Shown in pieces: positions 1-11,000 of a stretch of DNA of 64,000 bases. Both the position numbers and the translations under genes were made by a program. The notes under the pieces were generated by a model. It saw only the letters and a program-made list of their open reading frames with translations. It did not search any database and was not told where the DNA came from. The stretch's first letter is position 1. Every line of letters begins with the position of its first letter. Origin of the DNA: Balanoglossus misakiensis (taxonomy: Eukaryota; Animalia; Hemichordata); the NCBI GenBank assembly GCA_040954595.2, contig CM082584.2:3848110-3912109 (forward strand), read 5' to 3'.

Positions 1-1342
1 GTGTTGTTGTTGTTGTTTTCATAGTTTTCCATTGTCCGAAAAGGTGACTGTGTTGTTTGCACTTAATGCTGTTGAGGGAATAGCATAAGTATCAGCATCC
101 TACAGGGCAAAAAATACAGAAAACAGGGGCATAAAGTGTAAGGGCATTTTCACAAGATGAGTCACGTGTTCCTTCACAGACTGTCTTCGCGGCAACCATA
201 AGTTAAAACTGGCGACTTTCTGTTCCCGGTACAAATGTTGTCAAAATATTGACAAGCACATGCAGGTGCAGTGTATATGGTTTTATTAACGGTTAAAACT
301 GGATTGATAATTTGTGTTTTTGAGGCCCTGTGTGTGACATGACCTTGAAATTGTGATATAACGACTTGAAGGACAAGTAAATCGCCAGTCTACTTCCGAA
401 AACTCCTACATAGTTGTGACAGTCAAGGAGAATGCTTTTAAAGCCAACACCTTATAGACACACGTGAGGACCAGTGCAGAAATTTTATAAAAAGTAAACA
501 TATCTTTAAAGGATAGGAAAAAGTTGCGCCACTGATGATGTGGCAATGAAAAAACCACAACCATTCTCTGTACACACATACTCATGAAACGACCAGACCA
601 ATCTCCTGCTGTAGGAGCTTTTTGTGGCTCTGTGTCAGTGATTGCTTTACACCATCACTAACAATCGCAAATTCATTGCTCAATTAATTGTGGCTTGGCT
701 GCACCCTATGAATACATGACTTTGAAATGTGATAATATGTATCATGCAACTTAGTACTTGGGATCCATTTACCACTTCCATTAGGTAGATATACCTCTCT
801 CTGTGACAAAAAAACAAACAATGTCAAATGGGTTTTTATAACATGTGGGAAATCCCATTTTTTGTCACATTTATAATCTCCAACCATTATCGTTCTGAAA
901 GTATTAAGTGAAAAGGCATGTGGGACTTTTTTTTAATGCCCACAGTACTCTCCACATTACGTACAGCATTCTCTGGGATCATTCTCTTCCTTGAACTCCC
1001 TGGTTTTCAACCAGCAGCTTTCAGTATAGCCCCTCTGAACAAAGCTATATTAGGCTTTTAATTAAGAGTTGGCAAGGGTCCCTCAGGGAGCCCATTGGTG
1101 GAATTGAAATGGACCCTACAAGTTAGTAATTAACAGGACTACCAATATGGCTGCTGACTTCACTCAAAGGTGCACGTGTTTTCACGGGTGTTTTGACGCA
1201 TTGCTCTAAATTTTGTGATTTTACTATATCCTTGAGTAACGTTTACTACATGAAATGGCTTGTTTCAGCTGGTTTATGGTCGTTTAGCTCGTTTTGGGTG
1301 GTTTCAACATTTATCATATGCCATACAAAGGTGGGTGCATGT

Positions 1343-1445
1343 CAATCTGATTAAAATCAGATGTAGGGAACGGCGACTTGTTTTTTTTATGCTGTCGCCT
1401 CACACTACAAGTCGCCATTCCCTACATCTGATTTTAATCAGATTG
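1343..1445. mobile_element. Palindromic MITE with 9-bp target site duplication (Academ/MuDR-like); diverged relative at ~44042-44171
   Basis: Ends CAATCTGATTAAAATCAGATGTAGGGAA...TTCCCTACATCTGATTTTAATCAGATTG, flanked by perfect GGTGCATGT at 1334-1342 and 1446-1454. Confidence 0.8.
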
Positions 1446-2461
1446 GGTGCATGTGAGCCTACTCATCTACATAAGAGTCTGTAAATCAGTCGGGGGTCAG
1501 GCCTGGATGCAGGTCGTAGTCTCCAGATCTCTGATCGTCATGGCATCCACAGACCAACTCGACTCACCCAAATTGGTGCAACTATCGTCAAAGTTTGATT
1601 GCTACGAGTCTTCATACAGAGTTTACACCTCTCTGACAGACAAGTTCGAAAAGGTTGAAGCGTGTCCAGAAATAGTGAAGGTTTGTACCGAAAATGTTGC
1701 CTCGACGGACACATTCCATTTTCTGGCTGTTGGAAGTGGAAACGGTAAATACACTTATATTTTCACCACCTGTCTATTGCCGTTGCTCACTTTTCATCAA
1801 TCCAGAGGTGAAAGCACATACCGCAAGCCAATATTTTACCTTTCACTGGGCTTTAATTAATCAACTTCTATACTGTAGTTTGTACATGTAGCTTAGTAGT
1901 CTAGAATCCAGACTCGTGTGTTGTTTCCCTATGCTCAGGTTATGCTTTGCCTAAAGGTTCACAGTGACATATATGCTGAATGTGGCTCCTCCCCTTTTCC
2001 ATCAACAGGTGAAACTGAGTTGACATTGCTCAAGCAACTATCAAACATTTATCGGAATGTCCAGGCCACCATAGTCGAGCCATCTCAGTTCATGTTGGAA
2101 AACTTTCAGAGATGTGTCCAAGGAAACAAAGACTCTGTTGGTTCCGTGGCATTCAATTGGTTACAGATGACAGCGCAAGAATTTCTGGCAAGAAAGATGG
2201 AATCACGTTTGGAGTGTTGCAATATCTAAATGATTGGCAGGCAGTGTTGTTGAGCCTTTACAGGATGCTGGATGATAATAGTACATTGACAATTATAAAT
2301 GAAGGCACAGGTATCTGTTACTATTAATTTTTAACTGACAATTTTTCAGTATTTATTTCACACCTGTAGCTGTATATATTGTCAGCTAATACAACCCTTC
2401 TACGAAAACAAAATTCTGATGAAAATTGCTTTCTCTGTTTTTCTCGAGGTCTTAATAACCT

Positions 2462-2870
2462 TTATTATTATACATCTGGCACCGAGAACAATATAATTTG
2501 GCGTGCGCTAAAAAGGCGAGCAGAATGTTAAATATGCCTACAGTCTCAAGGCGCCCAAATTCACCGTGTATAGGTATGCACTACATGAATTAATGCGGAG
2601 GGTTCCATGACAACCTGACTCCCCAGAGTCCAACATAAAAAAAAGAAAGATGGCTGCTCACTGACAATGTGTACTGTGTTTCAGCTGAGCAGTTACGATG
2701 GATCGTACTGGCATTTTGACAGCCAAGTTACATGCAACACAAGAACTAACAGAGATGTAAGATGTATAATAATAAGGTTATTACGAAAATACCGCAAAGT
2801 ATGCACTCGGACATTAGCGCAGCGCATCGCCCTCTGCAACGCGTCGGGCGATATGCGGCGCTAATGTCCT
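2462..2870 (+). mobile_element. Non-autonomous Crypton-like element, 3'-truncated copy of the 32723-33177 family
   Basis: Collinear with 32723-33144: starts TTATTATTATACATCT, has internal AGATGTATAATAATAAGGTTATTACG at 2760, and the hairpin breaks at 2870. Confidence 0.7.
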
Positions 2871-2872
2871 TG

Positions 2873-3410
2873 TTATACACATACTGCTGTAACCTATAGA
2901 GTTCCGTAATACAATAATTCGTGGTATCAGAATAAAATAATTATTCAAATGCGTATGCAGAGTCCCATAGCACCAGGGTTATGGGGCGCATATTTGACCT
3001 TTGACCTCACAGCTGTTCAATGTAAACAATGATGATATTACACCCTACTCTGACAAAAATTGACATAAAAAGTACACAGGTGTTATTGAACTAAATTATT
3101 GGTGACCCAATGTGAAATAAGTCAAAATTGTCAATGAAATTTCAGCCGAAGGATTATGTGAACGAACGAGCGAGCTCAGGGGCGTAGAACGTTGTGCGCT
3201 AGACATCGGCATCTTGACAGCATAACCTGATGCGCGAGGTCAAGGCACGTTCGATATGCAGATTACTTCATGGCAGTGTCTGAAAACTAGATAGCAGCCA
3301 ATTTATCCTTTAACTTTCATGACGTCCGGAAAAGGTGTATAATAATAAGGTTATTCACAGAATATCGGGATTTATGTCTTCATACATCGTACGCTTCGGT
3401 ATTGTGAACC
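2873..3410 (+). mobile_element. Second Crypton-like non-autonomous element abutting the first (degenerate)
   Basis: Starts TTATACAC. Complementary internal site GTGTATAATAATAAGGTTATTC at ~3335, followed by a partial hairpin arm. Confidence 0.4.
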
Positions 3411-5055
3411 TAAGATAAAGGTTTTACTTTGTTTTGAAAACATATTTTACTATCTCTTATTTCAGACAGTTTTCTCCGGAAAGTACGCAAACCTGATCAC
3501 TTTCCTAGTCTGGGAATACCCATTGTACCGTCCTCTGATGTCATGGCATTATTTAACGTCGCTGGAGCCAAGCTGACAGATCAAGTAATTGAATGTTTGA
3601 TTGAAATTACACCAATTTTTGACGAACATTCAACAACTGGCAGTTGTTTACTGGACTTCTGTACTAATACTTGTAATTTCCGAGAAACAGCACCTCTTGA
3701 ACTTGTTTCCAATTTTCTCACTTTTCTGACCGAATCAAGAATTTCCATGAAGAAGGAGGAAAAATTATACATCAAGAACGATAAACATGTCCTATTTATT
3801 AAAAAATGAAGAGAAAGTTATCCCTTTTTATTAAAATAAAACCGAAAACATTTAGTTTAAGCTTTTAGTGAGTGAATTTCTGAGATGTATGTGGTTGGCT
3901 TTTCCAGCTTGTTGTTCTCTGTTTATTCTAATTGTGTGAAAAGTGCAGGGGGAGTTTGTCACAGAAACTCATTTTAATATCCACACAGACAGACAGACAC
4001 AGAGAATGGGAGGCCTATATGATGATGTGTACAATTAAATCATGTGACTGACTGCTGAGCCACTGATTGGATAGGCGAGAGGCAATGGTCTTGTACATTG
4101 TATAATAATCTAAACATTGCATAGAGCTTGCATGACGTTTTTGAAAAGGGGCTTGTTCCATACATGTACTTTTTAGATCATTTTATTCCTAGACATGTTT
4201 TTTTTTTCGTCTCTGTGATGTTTTTTTAGTGTCTTTCGCAATTTTATTATTCATTTTAGTGTTGTGTAAAGCGCATTGAGATTTTTTTCATGTAATGTGC
4301 TCTATAAGAAATAAATATTATTTTCATTATTATTATTATTACATCAGGATTTTTGAGTTCCAATCAATAACAAGAAGTGAAGGGTGTGGGTGTCCCCTCC
4401 CACATAAGAATATTTTGTAAAAAACAGAGCTTAAAGTTGCATTTGATCAATGAACTCAAATGCAAATGAACTCAATGTTGGGGAGGACCAATTTTACTTT
4501 TGCCACTCCACTTAAAGTTAATTAGCATCGGTGGGGTGGGGTGGCAAGTTCTCTGCCCGGGTACACTAGACAAACCAGCCAATAAATGAAATGTGGCGAA
4601 GAATGAAAGGTTGTGGGCGGAAGGGGTGTCCCCTTATCACATTAGAAATTTTTGTAAAATAAGGGGCTCGAAACTGCATTTTTGTGGACTCAAAAGCAGA
4701 AGTTGGGGGGGGGGCAAAAGTATGTGACCCCCCCCCCCCCTAAACATTTCGAAAAAAGATGACCCCCCACCACATTTGGATTTCAAAATTTAAGTGAACC
4801 CCCTCTGGATTTTGACGGCCCCAAGCCGTTAAAACTGAAGACAAAAATATATTATAGGCCACGGACAAGTGGAAATGAAAGCGCCACCACTGGTTGGCAG
4901 CGCATATTGTTGGCAGGGATATGCAAATTTACGAACTTTGACCCCGCTCTTGGACCAGCAACCGGCCAGGGCTGCAGTCGCCACCCGGCATCCGTAACAT
5001 CAACCACTCTTGTGGGCGTCTGCATTGTGGAGACTCTCGACTACACGCTTGCACC

Positions 5056-8000
5056 ATGATTTTCTTTCTTGTGCAGTTGTTCGCTGCCGCAGTGATATTA
5101 GCGGTGATCTGGATACGCATAAAGGGATTCGAATATGTAATGGTTCATCAGCGATGGATATTTGTCTGTCTGTTTCTTTTGCCGATGTCGGTGGTGTACG
5201 ATGTGATCTTTTATGTGCGGAACTGGATTGTATTTCAGCTTAGCAGTGCACCCAAACAACATGATATGCGTGTCAGAGATATTCAGCGCCAGGTATGTTG
5301 TGCATTAGATCGTCATCATGGTTAGAATGGTGGGCATAAATCCAGCTCTGAGTGGTGCGGGCTGTGTGTCTACGGTGACGCCTCCAGGGCATCGCCGTAG
5401 ACTCGGTCACACTCACAGCCCTGCCACGCAGGTTAGCGTCGGAATCACACCGAATGTGATTGTTTGGGTCAGCCTTCAATATACAGGTTGAATCAAGCTC
5501 TCACATTCAGTGTGATTCCGACGGATATCATAAAGGGCGTACTTTTCATTGATCATTATGAATATGGGTGTGTCTAAGGGCGACCCACATGTGTACGACC
5601 TTTGACCCCAGCAGACAATCGGTTATGACCTGGCAGAAGATTAAGGTCATTCTGAAAATAAAATTTCTATTGAAGATGTATTTGCTGCAAGTTAGCCCCA
5701 AAACAAAGGAAAGTACATGTAACCTGTAGCAATGTTCTGAAAGCATATCAAGAATGCATAATCGTCTACACCCTGAAACTGTACTCCAATACAACAACAT
5801 CAATCTGACATCTTATTATAGCTGTCAGCTTGATATTCAATATTTATGTTGACCTATATTTGCATTTTATTGATAATTTCCAACTGTAAGGTACGTGAAT
5901 GGAAGGCACAAGGATGTAAACAGTTGATGTGTACTGCTAGACCAGGCTGGATGACGGTTAGTTTACGTGTTGGCAAGTACAAGAAAACACATCACAAGAT
6001 CAAGGTCAATTTGGTGGACATTTTAGAAGTGGATACCAAACGTGAGATTGTCCGAGTTGAACCAATGGCTACAATGGGGCAGATCACAGCAACACTAAAT
6101 CCATTGGGCTGGACATTACCTGTATTGCCAGAATTAGATGATCTTACTGTTGGTAAGTAAATGTGTTTTCTTCAGGGGAGTTTGATATTAAAATATTAGC
6201 ATTGTGCCTCTTGGGTTGCAAAACAAGCACTGCTACAGTGTAAATTACGGAACACACATTATTGTTGTTATATATTGCTGCAGCTGTTGTCCTCGTATTT
6301 GTTATTTGGTAATGAAAGAAATCTAGAGTTGAAATATTAGAATCCAAAAAATCCAAACTATATTTCAACCCATAGCTAGTACGGTGTGTGTCCGTCTATA
6401 TCCATCCATCTGTATGTAAGTAAAGGTTATTGCAATACGTAATGGTGCGTTAATACGCTTGATATCACCACTCTTGGTCACCACAGTTGCAATAACTGAC
6501 TTATACCATGAATTTCGCGAGTTTTGGTTCGGTCAAAATTGGAGTCGTGGCTGCAGTCTGCTGGATGGGTGACGCCACTTCCGCCTCTAATGGGCTTTGA
6601 ATGCTCGAATAGCATCCGTGAAACTTAGCCAGCAGAAATTCCCTTGTGGAGTATCAGAGAGAGAGAGAAGGGTACCTCTCAACGTGAAGGGTCTGGGTTT
6701 GATTCCCAGTGCTGTGCATGCCTTTGCAGATTTTTTATCTAGTGAAAACCAAATTTGTTTGTGGCCAAGTAATACACTGACGTGTTTAAATCCATCATTT
6801 CTAAGAAAACTGGAAATGGGGCGATAACAAGAAACACAGTTTCTGATAAAGAAAGTGTGGCGATAACAAGTTAACACCACAGTTTCTAATGACGAGATGA
6901 TGGGTTATGGAAAATAAATGCATGGTTTTAACAAGGGCATGAGGCCAAGAGTGGTATAATAAGTAATGGTACATTGTATTATGTATATGTATGTGTGTAC
7001 ATGTATGGACGATGACACGCGTATGTGTGTCCATCCCAAAATCATGACAACGACTGCAAATATCACCATGATATTTTTTGTGTTAAAAGGTGCATGCTGG
7101 ATTGGACTTGTGGTTGTTGATCAATGTAATTTGTATTCCAATGAAGTTGTAAAAATATATAAGTTGAAAATGCAAGCCAGTTGGGACGTATCATATGATT
7201 ATCCTGTAATAGGGTTCATATGGTATTCATCCAGTGGGATTGCATCAAACATTATTCCTCCAATACCTGGTGATATTGGAGAGTGATAATTGAAAACAGG
7301 AGGCAGAAAAATACAATATTTGTGAAGTTCCATGAAAGTATCTAGACTTTCAGCAGTCGCTCTTGCCCTTCTTTGATTAAATTAGCGACTCAGGCACTAG
7401 GCTATATGTTACAGCAATTAGCACCAAAGGCCCGCGCAATCTCTGCAGGGTCAAGCGAAACAATGCCATGCGAAACAATGGCTCAAAGGGCAGCTGTCAA
7501 CAGTCTTATGAAAGAATTGCTGCAAGTACATGTATTCTGTAATAGTTATGCGTAATATTTCACTGACCCTTGCACTTCATGTAATCACTGTTGACTTTGC
7601 CTAATTCATTGGACTATCATATCTTTAGAAACTAAAGGTTACTACACTAAAGTAAAGTTTTTTAACCTAATAGCAAAGCATGCTTTTCTACATTAGTTCT
7701 ATTTGTGTTCATTGTATTATTGTGATCTGTTTTTCTTTCATATGAATGAAAGGAAACAGTGATAACAGAGTGGTCATTTTGTTGACTGTTTCATTTGGTC
7801 TTATTTCACAGAAATACAATGTTGCTATCTTTGTCATCTAGCAGCTTCTTTAAAGACATACTGATTAAAAGCTTTTGGCAAATACCGGGTAGGCCAATTT
7901 CATGACCCCCGTATGACCTGTATATCCTGGCATATTTTGTATGAGCCATTTTGAGTTCAAAGTCTGGAGCAGTCAACTCATCTTCGAAAAAAAAAAGCTG

Positions 8001-11000
8001 ATTTGGTAACCCATGACATAATTTCGAAATTGTCTCCTGAACCAGATTCAAAGGTTAAATATCAATTATACCCTGGCCCTTTTTATTTTTGTCTGCAACC
8101 ATATTGCAAGTGATTTTTGAAGTAGAAAAATCGTTCTTTTATATTGGGCTTTTTAGCTCCGCTGTCATTTTGGGGCAGCCAGTGTTTTACCAATTTTTGG
8201 TAAATAATCCCCAACATCCACTAATGCTTGAAACTACAGTGTAGGTTAAAAGACCCGTGTTTTTGCTTTAACCCTAACGCTGCCAAGTCAGTTGAAATTA
8301 TAACACACCATGCAGCGAACCCTCGATCGTGATTCGTCAATACGACGTCACGTGACCTGGGTCATTTCGAACTGTTGCCTAGGGCATCAGTTTGATCGGT
8401 TTCTGCCCGGACTGTTGCCCCGTCTTGATATAATTCCATTTTCAAACCAAAAGTTTCAAAAACTATCACCGCAATAGCAGCAGGACCTTCGGCCACCATA
8501 GGTAAATCCCCACGAAGGTAGTCTAGGCGACGAAAGCGTAACGCAGACGACACTACCGGACATTGTAGCAAAAATCTGACATTTGTAAACATGTCTGCCG
8601 CTACGAGTGCCAGTACTATAGATGCTGTCAAAACTTTGCCACGATTCGTCGATGTTTCTGAAGAAGACCTTGCTAGTATTGTCTCCGGGAAAGATGCTAA
8701 AAGAACGAAGACAATTATGAAGGGAGCTGTCAGTATTTTGGAGAACTATTGCGCTACTATTGGTACTACATTGGCCATCGTTGAACGAAATCGGATTGAA
8801 CTGTGCTTGCTACTACGTACATTTTATGCCAGCGTTCGGCGCACAGATGGCCAGTTGTACGCCAAAAAATCCATGATGTCGATAAGATATGGTCTCCAGC
8901 GACATTTCCAGAAGGTATCGGACATCGACATAATTAATGATAAGGAATTCAAGTCTGCAAATGAGATATTTTCGGCAATGATTGTGAAATTGAAGGCTGA
9001 AGGTAAAGCTGTCGTTCAACACAAGCAGCCAATCGCCCGGGAAGACATGGAGAAGATAATGTCGTCAACAGCACTCGATCAGACAACACCGCGGGGCCTA
9101 CAGAACAAGGTATTTATCGACATCATGATCTACATGTGCAACCGTGGCCGTGAAAATCTCCGGGACATGGAGAAAACCCATTTCAGCGTACAGACAGACT
9201 CAAAAGGCCTGAAATACGTATCATTTTCGCGTGATATGCTCACCAAAAACCATCGCGGCGTTGAAGACAGTGAAGCAACTCAGCAAGGGAGAATGTACGA
9301 GACACAAGATAAGTCTACTTGTCCGGTGACTTCCTTTGAACTTTATTTGGAGCGACTGAACCCACAGTGTACATCATTTTGGCAAAAACCTAAAAAGTGG
9401 TTTCAGATTGTTGAATCAGATGGGTCTACCGTGATTGGCTATGATAACGTTCCAGTTGGAAAAAACACTCTCGGGAACAAGCTCAAAACAATATCAAAGG
9501 AAGCCAACTGTTCCAGGGTGTATACGAACCATTGTCTACGTGCTACAACTGTAACAACGTTAGATTCAGAAGGGTTTGAAGCGAGACATATTATGAGTGT
9601 CAGCGGACATAAATCGGAGACAAGCATTAGAAGCTATAGCACAGTCGATGAAGAAAAGAAGAGAGAAATGAGCAGAGTTTTGTCAACGCGAATGCAAGGT
9701 GATGCCTGTCCCTCTACAAGTTCTACAAATATGGAAATTCAGCCTTTGGAAACCCCAAGCTCTCCCATACTGCCAAATTCACAAGAAGATGGCATACTTC
9801 GTGAACTGACTAACTCACCAATTTTTCCACTCAATATCCTGTCTCAGCAACAGGTGAAAAACAACCAAAGAAATGCAAATTATAAGTTTGAAGGATGTGT
9901 TGTAAATATCCACAATTATTGACACTGATAGCATGGTTACATGGAAATATCCAAAAAATTTCTGACTGTTGCAAATGTTGTTCTGTTAGAATTTTGAAAA
10001 TGTTAAAATAAAATTGTTTGTTCAGAAGCAACATACGTTTGTCATGCATGTGTTTGGATGTGGTGTGTGTCGTGTTTGGTGTGTTATAAAACACATGATG
10101 GCTGACATATTCGGGCAACAGTGTATTTTTGATGACCTCGGGACTGCCAGTCACACCAAAACAGTCTGTTTTCCCTCGGGCTACGCCCTCGGGAAAACAA
10201 GACTGTTTTAGTTGTGACTAGCAGCGCCCTCGGTCATCAAAATACACTGTTGCCCTCATTGTCAGTCATCATGTGTATACTGGTGTGATTTCCAGGGTGC
10301 CTAGAATCCTGGCTCCCAGGCCTGTTAGACTGCCAAGTGTGTTATTCAGTAGGGCCTATACAAGACCCTCAGACCAATACAGTGCAAACTAGTGCGATTA
10401 GGTACATTTTACAGGGGGCTCAGACTGCCAAGTGTGTCTAAGTACGTATGAGAGCCATGTCAAGACCGTGAAAATACGTTTTAGAAGAAAAATTGGCAAA
10501 TACGTATTTTAAGGGACTTGACACTCTAACCAGGTTTGACACCCAGTAGCATTAGGGTTAAGGCTAAGGAACACTGGTAAATGACTTGGGAACCCCGGTA
10601 AAACTCCTGCTATCTCCTAATATGACTGCATTGATATACCAAGGGCAACACCAGTAAAATGACTGGGGAACCCGGGTAACATTTACCTGGGTACTGCCCT
10701 TAACAAAAGACACTGAAGACTGTATCCACAGTCCCTCTACTGTGTTTAGACACACGGAAGGTGTGAGAAGCTGCCAACAATCTGCATGTATTTCACACAA
10801 AAAATCTTACTTGAGCTCAGATATGTATTATGGGAAGAATGATGGTCCTGGTATGGTGTGTCACTTGAACATACATCAGTGTCTTTCTACGCCACCCTTT
10901 GTCTTTTGTGTTCATTCAAAGATTATATGATGATATCCATTTTCTCTACAGGTGGATTGATAATGGGTGTAGGTATTGAAACGTCATCACACAAGCATGG

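Larger units (their letters stand above)
1540..3809 (+). pseudogene. Histamine N-methyltransferase-like SAM-dependent methyltransferase, frameshifted in exon 2
   Basis: Exons 1540-1744, 2009-2310, 3466-3809 (GT-AG, phases consistent). Motifs FLAVGSGNGETE, IVEPS, LQYLND, LLDFCT resemble the HNMT family. The exon 2 frame stops at 2227-2229 while the homologous continuation GVLQYLNDWQAVL lies in another frame. Confidence 0.7.
8268..10561 (-). mobile_element. TTAA-flanked piggyBac-like MITE split in two (8268-8297 and 10280-10561) by the Crypton insertion
   Basis: Rejoined halves match the reverse complement of the intact copy at 36138-36450 (TTAACCCTAA...TTAGGGTTAA). Confidence 0.88.

Noticed and set aside
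8268-8278. TAACCCTAA / TTAGGGTTA telomere-like motifs at several sites
   Set aside because: They are the TTAA+CCCT termini of a piggyBac-like MITE, not telomeric arrays.
8362-8631. Antisense 89-aa ORF overlapping the recombinase start (possible second element gene)
   Set aside because: No recognisable motif and it overlaps the main ORF; cannot be supported.
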